Shown here: positions 1 to 9,112 of the stretch, in pieces
How positions within the stretch are numbered: the stretch's first letter is position 1
Layout of the letters: each line of letters starts with the position of its first letter
From: Candidatus Bathyarchaeia archaeon
GTDB lineage: Archaea; Thermoproteota; Bathyarchaeia; Bathyarchaeales; Bathycorpusculaceae
Direction: 5' to 3'
Assembly: GCA_038883655.1 (NCBI GenBank)
Contig: JAVZLQ010000002.1
Location: forward strand, 1-64,000
Length of the DNA stretch: 64,000 bases
The notes under the pieces: model-generated
What the model was told of the DNA's origin: nothing
Databases searched by the model: none
Seen by the model: only the letters and a program-made list of their open reading frames with translations
Made by a program: the position numbers and the translations under genes

Positions 1-2
1 AA

Positions 3-176
3 GTTTGTTATGGTTATGCCTACTATTTCGTTGTCTGCTATGCGGTAGATTATTCCATCCTCAACTTCAACGCTATCTTGGGCTTGTCTGGGCTTTCCAA
101 AGCTTATATATAGCACATCCGCTTCTTCGTCGTAGTCCAAATCAATTTTTTCTAGGCTTACCGCAACTTTTTCCAT
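3..176 (-). CDS. DUF2283-family putative antitoxin (3'-truncated by window edge)
   Basis: Not in ORF track. Manual translation MEKVAVSLEKIDLDYDEEADVLYISFGKPRQAQDSVEVEDGIIYRIADNEIVGITITN has the YDxEADVLYI...IVGITI DUF2283 signature and overlaps the stop of the upstream toxin-like gene. Confidence 0.85.
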   Translation of the reverse strand, partial: MEKVAVSLEKIDLDYDEEADVLYISFGKPRQAQDSVEVEDGIIYRIADNEIVGITITN

Positions 177-457
177 ACTATTTCGCCTTTAACTCTAGCT
201 ACATTAGAAGTGAAGTAGGCGGTTATAATAACCTTTTCTTCGCCTTTTTCACGGTAAATAACCACGAGATACTTCGGTCCAATATGGAGGTTGGCGTAAA
301 ATTTTAAAGCTTTAAACTCGCCCCTTAACCCTTTAATAATTAAATCAGGATCTTGAACCGCCATAACTATTTCATGCGTGTAACGTGCAACTTCCGGATG
401 CCTACTAACAATATGATTAAGAACCTTTCTGGATATTTTTATGCTCATTGCTTTCAT
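158..457 (-). CDS. Putative BECR/RelE-like (DUF4258-type) RNase toxin
   Basis: 99 aa basic protein with HIVSRHPE...PDLI...YLVVIY...VIITAY pattern; translationally coupled to DUF2283 gene. Confidence 0.7.
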   Translation of the reverse strand: MKAMSIKISRKVLNHIVSRHPEVARYTHEIVMAVQDPDLIIKGLRGEFKALKFYANLHIGPKYLVVIYREKGEEKVIITAYFTSNVARVKGEIVWKKLR

Positions 458-683
458 CTCATATGCTAGATTATTTAGGTTGCAATATTTCTAAGCTGCA
501 AGAGGTTATTTGGCTTACGTTATTTAAAAGGGAAATACGAATTAGCATTGACTTTTGTAAAATTTAAATGGTCAAACTAATCCCGGCGTCTCGTGTTAGA
601 CGACTGACTTGAAAAAGGCAAGTTTTTTGCTCTGTTTTTGCGAAGCCGCTGCTTAAACGTTGCTTTGGAATTGCTTAAAAATG

Positions 684-851
684 TGGGGCCGGCCGGATTT
701 GAACCGGCGACCTTTCCCCGAAACAGCGCTTGGCTGTTTCTACGGGTTTCTCTTTGACCGCTCCAGAACTTCTTCATTCCGCTTGGCGGTCCGTAAACCC
801 GTTTTGTCGCGTTCTGGAGCCCGTCGTCATGCCTTCCTAGACTACGGCCCC
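684..851 (-). tRNA. tRNA-Trp(CCA) with a 66-nt intron at 37/38 (813-748) and a ~28-nt insertion at 44/45-45/46 (~740-712)
   Basis: Acceptor GGGGCCG/CGGCCCC, anticodon stem ACGGG/CCCGT around CTCCAG|A, T-arm GCCGG-TTCAAAT-CCGGC; removing both insertions gives a normal cloverleaf; CCA end not encoded. Confidence 0.93.
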
Positions 852-1000
852 GTGTTTCAAGCATTAAATTTAACTGGTAAGATAGGATATATGCGTTATT
901 TCCTTTTTGGTTTGGAATAATGTTTAATTATTTTTGTTGCGCTTTTGTTAAAGTATTTATTGTTAGTTTGTGTAAGTGTGTTGACAGATGTGATTTAGGG

Positions 1001-2098
1001 TTGACAGAAAGAAAGTGCGGTGCTGGTTCGGGTGGAAGGTTTGTTTTGTATAGGGATTTAGATGGGACTGCCTATGAGGTTGATTTGCCTCTTACTTCGC
1101 ATGTTGATGCTGAAGAGCTTCGGGAAAGCTTAGGCTTGCCTTCGTATATAAATTTGGATTATTTTCCGATGAGGAGCGCTATGGTTGTGCTTTGGGCTTC
1201 TGTGAACGCGCCTAGGCTTCATGAGTTGTACCCAAATGTTTTTGAGAAGGCGGTTAGCAAAAATCCTATTCCAGCGTTGCTTTTCGGCGGTGCGGCGGTG
1301 AAGATTCATTGTCCAAGTGCGAATTGCGGCGGATGTTTGGAGAGACCAATTAAGGATACGGATTTTATAGTTCCGAAGAAGCAAGGTGTCGATTTTTACA
1401 AGCTTTTGTTGAGGATGGATGGGGCTTTTGGTACGCAGTACAAGTCTTTTGCTACGGCGAATGATAGGCGGTTTAATGCTTGGAGGCACGGCGAAAGGTA
1501 TAGGCTAACAACGATTAATGGAATAACAAGCGAAGGGCTTCCGACAATAACTGTTTTAGACATTTTCTGTGATGTCATAGATTTGAGGCATAGGGTTGAC
1601 GTTAGAGATGCATTCGCAAACTATAGAGAAAACTTGTACACTATAGGTTTGGAGAACTTGATAATTTCAAAGGCGCAGTTCATACTTGACATGCCAAAGG
1701 AATGCGCAGAAGAGCTGAAAAAGTGCGGATGCGATTATAGGATTCTCTCTTATCCGTACTATGCAGAAGATAAAATTGTTGTGGGGATGGAGGAAAAGGA
1801 CGTTAAGGACGTTTGCGCAGTTTTTTTAGACCATGAAGTTGGCGTTGGAGCCGAAAACATAAACGCGCAAAAAATGAGAAAGCCGCTGGAAAAGGATAAG
1901 AAACTCGCTTTGACGGTGACTCTAAACCTTAGAAACATTGTTGAGAAGGCTGATGTGCTCAAAAAGTGGATGTCTAAGGGCGAAATTTCAAAGGTGACGG
2001 ATAGGATAGAGCATGTTCTTAGAGAGTTGCCAGTGATAGACAAGAAGTGGGATAAGCCTTGGTGGAACACCGCCGTTGAAACGCCAATAATAGAATAA
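1001..2098 (+). CDS. Uncharacterised Pol-beta-superfamily (AbiEii/MenT-like) nucleotidyltransferase, paralog 1
   Basis: FGGAAVKIHC...KDTDF (GG + DxD), later ISK and KDVKD motifs, plus an N-terminal extra domain. ORF track starts at 920; TTG at 1001 is the more plausible start. Confidence 0.7.
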   Translation: MTERKCGAGSGGRFVLYRDLDGTAYEVDLPLTSHVDAEELRESLGLPSYINLDYFPMRSAMVVLWASVNAPRLHELYPNVFEKAVSKNPIPALLFGGAAVKIHCPSANCGGCLERPIKDTDFIVPKKQGVDFYKLLLRMDGAFGTQYKSFATANDRRFNAWRHGERYRLTTINGITSEGLPTITVLDIFCDVIDLRHRVDVRDAFANYRENLYTIGLENLIISKAQFILDMPKECAEELKKCGCDYRILSYPYYAEDKIVVGMEEKDVKDVCAVFLDHEVGVGAENINAQKMRKPLEKDKKLALTVTLNLRNIVEKADVLKKWMSKGEISKVTDRIEHVLRELPVIDKKWDKPWWNTAVETPIIE

Positions 2099-2100
2099 GC

Positions 2101-2994
2101 CTACTTTGCCCTTTTTATCAACTTCTTAATCATCGAGTATGTTTCCTTTCTTGAAAGCCCAGTTCTTGAAAGAGGCAGGTCGAATGTTCCACTTTTGGAA
2201 TAAAGCCTCAAACACGTTTCGCGTTTCGGCGTAATGTATATGGTTACTTCTGAAAAGTCTGCCCACTTCGCCTCTTTGACGGTTTTGCCTTCCCAAAGCT
2301 TGAAGCCCATGCTGTCCATAAAAAGCGTCATATGGTAACGTGTCTTGTAAAGGCGGTAGCCAACAACAAGCGAAACCATAATCGCTATTAGCAGCGGTAA
2401 GGGTTGAACTGCCTCACGCATTCCATAAAATGCAAAAAAAACAAGAAACAATACCGCAAAGAAGAGCGTTATCGTGAAACTTTTCATGTAGTTTGGTAAG
2501 TCGAAAATTTCAAATTTTGCTTCTGTAAGCTTCAACTGCTTCGCTAAGCCTTTTCCGAGAACATTTTCAGAAGTCACCGTTTCCTTTGATTTTAGGCTAT
2601 AAGCGGCAATGCCGACATTTTTGTCAGCGGTATTCGCGATTGTTTCCTTTGCGTCTTTCTGGAACGCTTGACTTTGAACAAGCCCTAGGAAAATCCAGTC
2701 TTCAGCGCCAAACTTGCTTTTACAAGCCAAAACTAGTTTCCTTACAAGTTTAGGGTCAAAGTTCTGCTGCGTATAAAGCAACAAGTGAATCTTGTATCTT
2801 GGTGTAACTAACGCGGAGAAAATCTTTGAGAGAAAAAAGCCCTTTTCTTGCAAGCTTCCAGAGGCGTATAGAGGAAAAACAACATCATCTATTTTGTATT
2901 CCTTGTGGATTTCGCTAAAATTGGCTAGCCACCGCAAGTTTCCACGCACGAGTTGCTCTTCAACAATGTCTATTACAAATTCAAGTTCAGACAA
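2101..2994 (-). CDS. Hypothetical membrane protein (N-terminal alpha/beta domain, 2 TM helices, C-terminal beta-rich PH-like domain)
   Basis: 297 aa ORF with two hydrophobic segments near aa 172-215; lies directly downstream of the APC permease on the same strand. Confidence 0.6.
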   Translation of the reverse strand: MSELEFVIDIVEEQLVRGNLRWLANFSEIHKEYKIDDVVFPLYASGSLQEKGFFLSKIFSALVTPRYKIHLLLYTQQNFDPKLVRKLVLACKSKFGAEDWIFLGLVQSQAFQKDAKETIANTADKNVGIAAYSLKSKETVTSENVLGKGLAKQLKLTEAKFEIFDLPNYMKSFTITLFFAVLFLVFFAFYGMREAVQPLPLLIAIMVSLVVGYRLYKTRYHMTLFMDSMGFKLWEGKTVKEAKWADFSEVTIYITPKRETCLRLYSKSGTFDLPLSRTGLSRKETYSMIKKLIKRAK

Positions 2995-3052
2995 ACGTTA
3001 AACACCATGCTTTTGGCAGTTTTAGATAAATAAAAAGGATGGGGTATTTAGG

Positions 3053-4783
3053 CTATTCTGGCGGTATGCTGAGATAAAGCGTGCGCATGTCCACGCCTCT
3101 AGTCGTATTGCGGTACATGTAGTAGACGTACAACAATATGCCCACAACTATGCATGCAACAAAGCCAATCGCACTAAATATTCCAGCTTGCCAGTCCTCT
3201 ACACTAACTCCAGCCGGCGGCGATGAAGTGAACAAATACCATATCCATGGCGATTGCTGTATAAATATGTAGAGGCAAAAGGCAGCGCCTAGCGTCGCCA
3301 CAAAACCCAAGCCGACGACAGCGCCTATGGAATGCTTGACTGCTGCGCGGTCATAAATCTCTTTTCTTTCAAGTGGAAGAAGCATGCATGAAACGCAAAA
3401 CATTGTCAGGAAAAACGCGTCAAATATGTCGGTTCCAACCACACCAGCGAAAGCTAAATATGTCATTGCTCCCGCTGGGAAGTCGGCTTCAGCCATACAC
3501 GCTGGGATGGCGAAAACAGCAGTTATTATCAATGACCAAACTGGGGCATGCCATCTCTCACTTACATAAGCGAATTTTTCAGGCATCATTCTATCAAATG
3601 ACATGGCGAAGAACGTCCTAGAAGCAACAAGCAAGAATGGCGGAATGTCGTTAGCAATCCAAAACACAGCACCTATCGCAACAATAATCGGAAGCCAACC
3701 CAAACCCATACCATTTGCAATAATCGATGCCAAACCCGTGCTCCAAGCGCTTTTGAAGTTGGGGATTGTTGCTCTAGCAGCCTTAACAGCATCCTTAACT
3801 CCTGATGGAGGATAACTTAACCAAGCGTAGGATTGAAAGAAGCTCCATTGGTGTCCACCAGGATCCGTGAAGGGTTCAACCTGCATTGCAGCTATCGCCG
3901 AAAGCGAAGATGCCAATAAGTATATCACCATTATTAGAAGCCCAGCAACCAGAAGTACTTTTGGAAGTTTTTTGTTTGCCTCTTTGACTTCTCCAGCTAG
4001 GAAGGTTGTTGCGTACCAGCCCATGTAAGCCCAGAAAGCTCCTGGGAGAGCAACCGAAAAAGCATCAAAGAAACCAACAGGATTAGCGGTCATACCCGTG
4101 TTGATAGCAATTGTGTTAAACGTACTTGGTGCAGCCCCCATAACGTTCTGGACACCAGTTGCCAGTACATTCGGATTTAATGCACCAGCTACCCATAGTA
4201 CGAAGAAAATTACTGTTATTGCCGCTGGAATGTAGAACATTACTTCCATCAATCGTCCATATAGTTTTGTTCCTAACAAAGCAATTATTGCAAATATCCA
4301 AACTATTATTAAGCCGGCAAGGAAACGCCCGGCTGGACCGAAATCTATGGCGGCTTCTGGCATGGCGATGCCAAAGAATATTTCAATTCCTTCAAAGACA
4401 GCAACACCAATCAACCCGTATGAAAAGGCTTCGGCGAGGAACATTAGCCAACCAGAAATATAACCTATAGACGGATGGATTACCCTAGATATCGTTACGT
4501 ACCCGCCTCCTGAACGCGGCATTGCTGCGGCAACATAGCCTGCTGCGTAGCCGGTTATCAAAACGATTATTCCACAGATTAAGAAAGCCCAGAAAATTGC
4601 TGGAAGTCCCAGCGGCATCCAATCCGTTGGCATTGGCGCGGGACCTGTAAATTGGAATGCTCTTTTTTGCCATCCTAAGCCTACTACGTGGGATAGGATT
4701 ATTATTACGCCTAGTGTGAAGCCTATTTCGCGTACTAGCCCAGTTGCTTCTCTAGCAAAAAGTCCTGGTTTACCTGAAGCCAT
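3053..4783 (-). CDS. APC-superfamily amino acid/polyamine permease
   Basis: LFAREATGLVRE N-terminus, AAMPRSGGGY, LAGEVK and SRTFFAMSFDR motifs; ~12 TM segments; start set at MASGK. Confidence 0.9.
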   Translation of the reverse strand: MASGKPGLFAREATGLVREIGFTLGVIIILSHVVGLGWQKRAFQFTGPAPMPTDWMPLGLPAIFWAFLICGIIVLITGYAAGYVAAAMPRSGGGYVTISRVIHPSIGYISGWLMFLAEAFSYGLIGVAVFEGIEIFFGIAMPEAAIDFGPAGRFLAGLIIVWIFAIIALLGTKLYGRLMEVMFYIPAAITVIFFVLWVAGALNPNVLATGVQNVMGAAPSTFNTIAINTGMTANPVGFFDAFSVALPGAFWAYMGWYATTFLAGEVKEANKKLPKVLLVAGLLIMVIYLLASSLSAIAAMQVEPFTDPGGHQWSFFQSYAWLSYPPSGVKDAVKAARATIPNFKSAWSTGLASIIANGMGLGWLPIIVAIGAVFWIANDIPPFLLVASRTFFAMSFDRMMPEKFAYVSERWHAPVWSLIITAVFAIPACMAEADFPAGAMTYLAFAGVVGTDIFDAFFLTMFCVSCMLLPLERKEIYDRAAVKHSIGAVVGLGFVATLGAAFCLYIFIQQSPWIWYLFTSSPPAGVSVEDWQAGIFSAIGFVACIVVGILLYVYYMYRNTTRGVDMRTLYLSIPPE

Positions 4784-4907
4784 TTTTCTTATAACACCCG
4801 AACATCTAGTTTTGGTCCTATCCAAATTTAAAACTTTCCATAAACCCTAAATTTAAATAGTGCAAATCCATGATTTACAATGAAAAAGCGAAAAAGGAAT
4901 GGTTTAG

Positions 4908-5882
4908 TTGACGTTTCTATTCAAAAAAAAGAAAGAAACTGAAACAAGGATACTGTTTGCAACAGACATGCATGGTTCAGAAGGCGTGTGGAGAAAGTTC
5001 CTAAATGCCTCGGCTATGCTTAAGGTGGATGTTGCCATTTGCGGCGGGGACCTAACTGGAAAAATGATAGTGCCAGTCGTCAAACATAAGGATGGAAAGT
5101 ATTCCTACTACCACCTCAAAAAGACGCACACGGTTGAGGAAAGCGAAATAGAAAAGGCGTTGAAGGAGATAAGGGGTATAGGCTATTATCCATACATAAC
5201 AAATGAAAGTGAATACGAGGAAATGGTGAAAAGCCCAAAGAAGGTTGACGAGGTATTCCACAAAGTCATGATTGAAACAATAAAGAATTGGCTTGACCTA
5301 ATCCCGCAGAAAGTTCCAAGCGAAACAAGGGTTGTGGTCTGCCCTGGAAACGACGACAGACCAGCCGTAGACGAGATAGTCAACAACCACAAGCACGTGC
5401 TGAACGGCGAAGGTAAAGTTATAGAGATTGACGATTCACATGAAATGATAAGCACTGGATGGGTGAACCCAAGCCCATGGAAAACCGCCCGCGAAGAGGA
5501 AGAGGAAAAACTCGAAGCGCGACTTGAAAAATATGTTTCGCAGCTTAGGAACCATGAAAACGCCATATTCAACTTTCACGCGCCGCCTTACCAGTCAAAA
5601 CTTGACGAAGCCCCACTTTTGGACAAAGACCTAAACCCTGTAATCCAAGGCGGAAGTGTCGTCATGGTTCCAGTAGGCTCAAAGGCCGTTAGAAAAATGA
5701 TTGAAAGATACCAGCCTTTCCTAGGATTGCATGGGCACATACACGAGGCGGCTGGCTCGATGAAGATTGGAAGGACATATTGCGTAAACCCCGGAAGCGA
5801 ATACGCAGAAGGAATCCTAAGAGCTTTCCTAATAGAGTTCAAGGGCAACAAAATAACGAGACTGCAAAGAATAGAAGGTTAG
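4908..5882 (+). CDS. Calcineurin-like metallophosphoesterase (Icc-related)
   Basis: TDMHGS, GGDLTG, PGNDD, FHAPP, LHGHIHE and VNPGS motifs. Confidence 0.9.
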   Translation: MTFLFKKKKETETRILFATDMHGSEGVWRKFLNASAMLKVDVAICGGDLTGKMIVPVVKHKDGKYSYYHLKKTHTVEESEIEKALKEIRGIGYYPYITNESEYEEMVKSPKKVDEVFHKVMIETIKNWLDLIPQKVPSETRVVVCPGNDDRPAVDEIVNNHKHVLNGEGKVIEIDDSHEMISTGWVNPSPWKTAREEEEEKLEARLEKYVSQLRNHENAIFNFHAPPYQSKLDEAPLLDKDLNPVIQGGSVVMVPVGSKAVRKMIERYQPFLGLHGHIHEAAGSMKIGRTYCVNPGSEYAEGILRAFLIEFKGNKITRLQRIEG

Positions 5883-5899
5883 GCGCGAGGGAAGAAGCC

Positions 5900-6829
5900 A
5901 TGGCTTGGCTTCTTGATAGAGAAATCAAACGTGAACTGCCAGAAGAATGGAAGGGCATAGTCCCAACGGAAGTCTTCATCCAAGAATCTAAAGGAATCGT
6001 TGAAAAAGCAAGGCAGGAAGGCATAATCCTAAGAATCCTCGGCGGGTTAAGCATAGCAATCCACTGCGAAGAACATAGGGACTTTGCGCAGAAACTCGGC
6101 AGGATAGGAACAGGCGCAATCGAGGGACAAGAATACAGCGACATAGACCTCGTTTCATATCGCAGTCACAGAGACAAAGTGAAAGAGTTATTCGAAAAGT
6201 TGGGTTACGCTAAAAGGAGAGCGACGCTTTCCACGGCAGCATCTGAAAGACAAATTTACTTCCACCCAAAAGGCTGGTTCTACGTGGACGTTTTCTTTGA
6301 CAAACTTCTAGTTGCAAACCACCCAATAGACTTCAAGGGCAGACTTGAACTCGACTATCCAACAATAACAGTTACTGACATGCTCCTAGAAAAAATACAG
6401 ATGTGGGAAGCCTTCAGCGCAAAAGACCTAAAAGACTGCCTACTGCTCTTAAAGGCACACAATATAAGCGAAAAAACAGAAAAAGAATGCATAGACGCAT
6501 CATACATTGCAAAACTTTTAGCGCAAGACTGGGGCTTCTGGTACACAGCCACAACAAACCTCCAAAAAATAAGAGTTTTCCTAACGGAAATCGACGGGCT
6601 CGGCAAAGAAGCGGGCGTAGACCCGAAACAAATAACGAATGAAGACAGAGAAGAAATAATACAAAAAATAGGCCATATGTTAGAAAAAATTGAAAAGGAA
6701 CCGAAAACCCTCGGATGGAAAATGCGCGCAAAAATAGGCATCAAAAAACAATGGTACAACCCGGTTGAACGCCCAGAAACGGTCGGCGGATTCGGAATAT
6801 GGGAAACTCTACTAAAAGGGCAAAGCTGA
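5900..6829 (+). CDS. Uncharacterised Pol-beta-superfamily (AbiEii/MenT-like) nucleotidyltransferase, paralog 2
   Basis: LGGLSIAIHC...YSDIDL, LLEK and KDLKD motifs; ATG at 5900 follows a GAGG purine tract, 17 nt after the phosphoesterase stop. Confidence 0.75.
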   Translation: MAWLLDREIKRELPEEWKGIVPTEVFIQESKGIVEKARQEGIILRILGGLSIAIHCEEHRDFAQKLGRIGTGAIEGQEYSDIDLVSYRSHRDKVKELFEKLGYAKRRATLSTAASERQIYFHPKGWFYVDVFFDKLLVANHPIDFKGRLELDYPTITVTDMLLEKIQMWEAFSAKDLKDCLLLLKAHNISEKTEKECIDASYIAKLLAQDWGFWYTATTNLQKIRVFLTEIDGLGKEAGVDPKQITNEDREEIIQKIGHMLEKIEKEPKTLGWKMRAKIGIKKQWYNPVERPETVGGFGIWETLLKGQS

Positions 6830-6879
6830 ATGCACGAAGAAAGCGAAAAGTTAATGAGCAAAATCTTAACGTGTATTCT

Positions 6880-7005
6880 GGGGTTTGCCGGCCATAGGGC
6901 GCGGGACCCACCCGATCCCATTCCGAACTCGGAAGTTAAACCGCGCTCCGTTCCCGGTTGTAGTGTGGTCTTCGGCCACGCGAACCCGGGAAAGCTGGCA
7001 GCCCC
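6880..7005 (+). rRNA. rrf: 5S rRNA (unlinked)
   Basis: Terminal helix GGGGTTTGCCGGC/GCTGGCAGCCCC and conserved CCCGATCCCATTCCGAACTCGGAAGTTAAAC. Confidence 0.97.
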
Positions 7006-7097
7006 AATTTGATTTTGAACTTTTGGTGAATGTTTAAATTGTAGGTTTTTGCTGTGTATTGTCTTCTAGGCTGGTCTCTGAGGTTTAGAGTGTTAGC

Positions 7098-7895
7098 ATG
7101 TTGGAGTGGTTGCTTCCGCTGTTTGGCTTCTTGATAAGTATAGCTGCAGCTTTAACGGGTGTTGGAGGCGGCATATTCATAGTGCCGTTACTTACGCTTC
7201 TTTACAGTTTTGAACCCGTGACGGCTGTTGGCACAAGCCTAGCCACGATTATAATTACTTCAATAGCCGCTTCGGCGAATTATTTGAAGCAGAACCGCGT
7301 TTACGTTAAAGCGGGACTTGTTCTGGCTTGTACTACGACTCCTGGAGGCTACGTTGGAGCGGCGATTACTGCGGTTCCAGCCATTAAGATGTGGCTTGGC
7401 GTCATTTTCGGCGTTTTCCTAATTCTTGTTGCGGTTCAGATGGTTTACAAGGCTTTGTCAACAAAATCTGTTAAGGGCTGCAGTGTTGTTGACGCCGCAT
7501 TTGAGAAGGCGCTTCTAAGAGAATGGAGGAAAATGCTTTCCGGCTTGTTTTTGGGATTTTTCGGAGGCGTCGCCTCTGGATTGCTTGGCATAGGCGGAGG
7601 AATAGTTCTCGTGCCAGTCATGTGTTATGCGCTTGGTTTTTCCATTCATTTTGCCATACCAACATCCATGTTTATTATGATTTTCACGTCAATATCTGGC
7701 GTCATCAACCATGTGCAGCATGGAAATGTTAACGGCTTGTATGCAGTTTATCTTGGAGTTGGGGCGGTTTTAGGCGCTCAGGTTGGCGCTTATGCAAGTA
7801 GGAAACTTTCGAGCAGAAACTTGAGTTTGGTTTTCGCTGCCATGCTTATCATTGCAAGTGTAAACATGATATTGAAGAATCTACATTACATTTAG
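7098..7895 (+). CDS. Sulfite exporter TauE/SafE family membrane protein
   Basis: Duplicated GVGGG / GIGGG motifs, AVGTSL and ~8 TM segments. Confidence 0.9.
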   Translation: MLEWLLPLFGFLISIAAALTGVGGGIFIVPLLTLLYSFEPVTAVGTSLATIIITSIAASANYLKQNRVYVKAGLVLACTTTPGGYVGAAITAVPAIKMWLGVIFGVFLILVAVQMVYKALSTKSVKGCSVVDAAFEKALLREWRKMLSGLFLGFFGGVASGLLGIGGGIVLVPVMCYALGFSIHFAIPTSMFIMIFTSISGVINHVQHGNVNGLYAVYLGVGAVLGAQVGAYASRKLSSRNLSLVFAAMLIIASVNMILKNLHYI

Positions 7896-7977
7896 TCTTT
7901 ATCACATATCTTACTTGGAATATCCTAAAATTTATAACCAAGCATTTTGTAGTTTCTCGAAAAGGTGAGTTAACAGA

Positions 7978-9102
7978 GTGTTTGAAGCGGCTACGCTATT
8001 TGAGATTATATTTATGCAGATCGACATTCAACAGATTCTAAGCCTACTCTTCTACATAGTATTCATAGTCTTCATTTTCTATGGACAGAGAATCCAGATG
8101 TACGTTATGCTGAGGGAGGTTGAAGGCTCACTTTTCAAGCTTAAATACATAAAGGATGAAGGCAGAAAAATCGCTATAGAAACAATCAAAGAAATCGGGA
8201 AACCCCAGTCAGACCCAACAACACGGGTTGACAGATTTCTTGAATACTTCACGATAACGCCTCAAAGCCTCGACCCAGCGGGTATCGTCTGGAAGCTTGA
8301 ACACATTCTCGATGTGAGAGACGCGCGTTTCAAGGATGAGGTTAAGCTTATGGCGCCATCAGCTGACGAAACACAAACTAACAATTTGGAGAACACGCTT
8401 GAAGCGGCTATGGCTTTAAACTACATTTACAAAGTAATAAGGCACTATTACTTGCTCGGCAAGAAAACATTAAGCCTGTACATAATAATGCAGTTACAGA
8501 TGATACTGCCCCTAGTGATGCGCGAGGCAGAAGCCTACGCAAGCGCGCTGAAAGCTTTTGCATATGGACAACCAATAGGCGATGGTGCAGGCGCATTAGT
8601 TGCAGCTAAACTCATGCGGGGATACGAAACGCGAAAGGTTCCCAAAGACTGTGTTGTTGCAACAGTTCCAATAGAAGGGCGAACAGCCTTCGTGATTAAG
8701 GCTGAGGGACCGGGGGGAAATGTTGGAAAGATAGGTGACGCCATAAGAACGATTATTGAGGAGAACGAGGGCAAAATCGCTACAATAATAATGATTGATG
8801 CTGCCATGAAGTTGGAAGGCGAGGACGTCGGCGAGGTTGCAGAGGGCGTTGGCGCAGCAATAGGTGGTCCGGGCGTTGACCAGTTTAAGATTGAGGAGTC
8901 TATTTTGAAGTATCGCATACCGATAAACGCGGTTATTATTAAGGAGGATATTGGGGATGCTGTTTCGCCCATGCGTAAAGAGATTTTTGATGCTGCTGAC
9001 AAAGCCATAGAACGTGTGAAGCAAGTTATTTTGGAGAAGACGAAGGAAGGAGACAAAGTAATAATTGCTGGAGTTGGTAACACCATTGGGATCGGTCAGT
9101 GA
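7978..9102 (+). CDS. DUF1512-family membrane-anchored protein
   Basis: N-terminal TM, PIGDGAG, IDAAMKLEGE and GVGNTIGIGQ C-terminus typical of DUF1512. Confidence 0.85.
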   Translation: MFEAATLFEIIFMQIDIQQILSLLFYIVFIVFIFYGQRIQMYVMLREVEGSLFKLKYIKDEGRKIAIETIKEIGKPQSDPTTRVDRFLEYFTITPQSLDPAGIVWKLEHILDVRDARFKDEVKLMAPSADETQTNNLENTLEAAMALNYIYKVIRHYYLLGKKTLSLYIIMQLQMILPLVMREAEAYASALKAFAYGQPIGDGAGALVAAKLMRGYETRKVPKDCVVATVPIEGRTAFVIKAEGPGGNVGKIGDAIRTIIEENEGKIATIIMIDAAMKLEGEDVGEVAEGVGAAIGGPGVDQFKIEESILKYRIPINAVIIKEDIGDAVSPMRKEIFDAADKAIERVKQVILEKTKEGDKVIIAGVGNTIGIGQ

Positions 9103-9112
9103 GGAAAGCGAA

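Noticed and set aside
577-920. ORFs 577-864(-) and 660-920(+)
   Set aside because: They overlap the tRNA-Trp gene and have no protein motifs.
6830-7012. 60 aa ORF
   Set aside because: It is a reading frame through the 5S rRNA.
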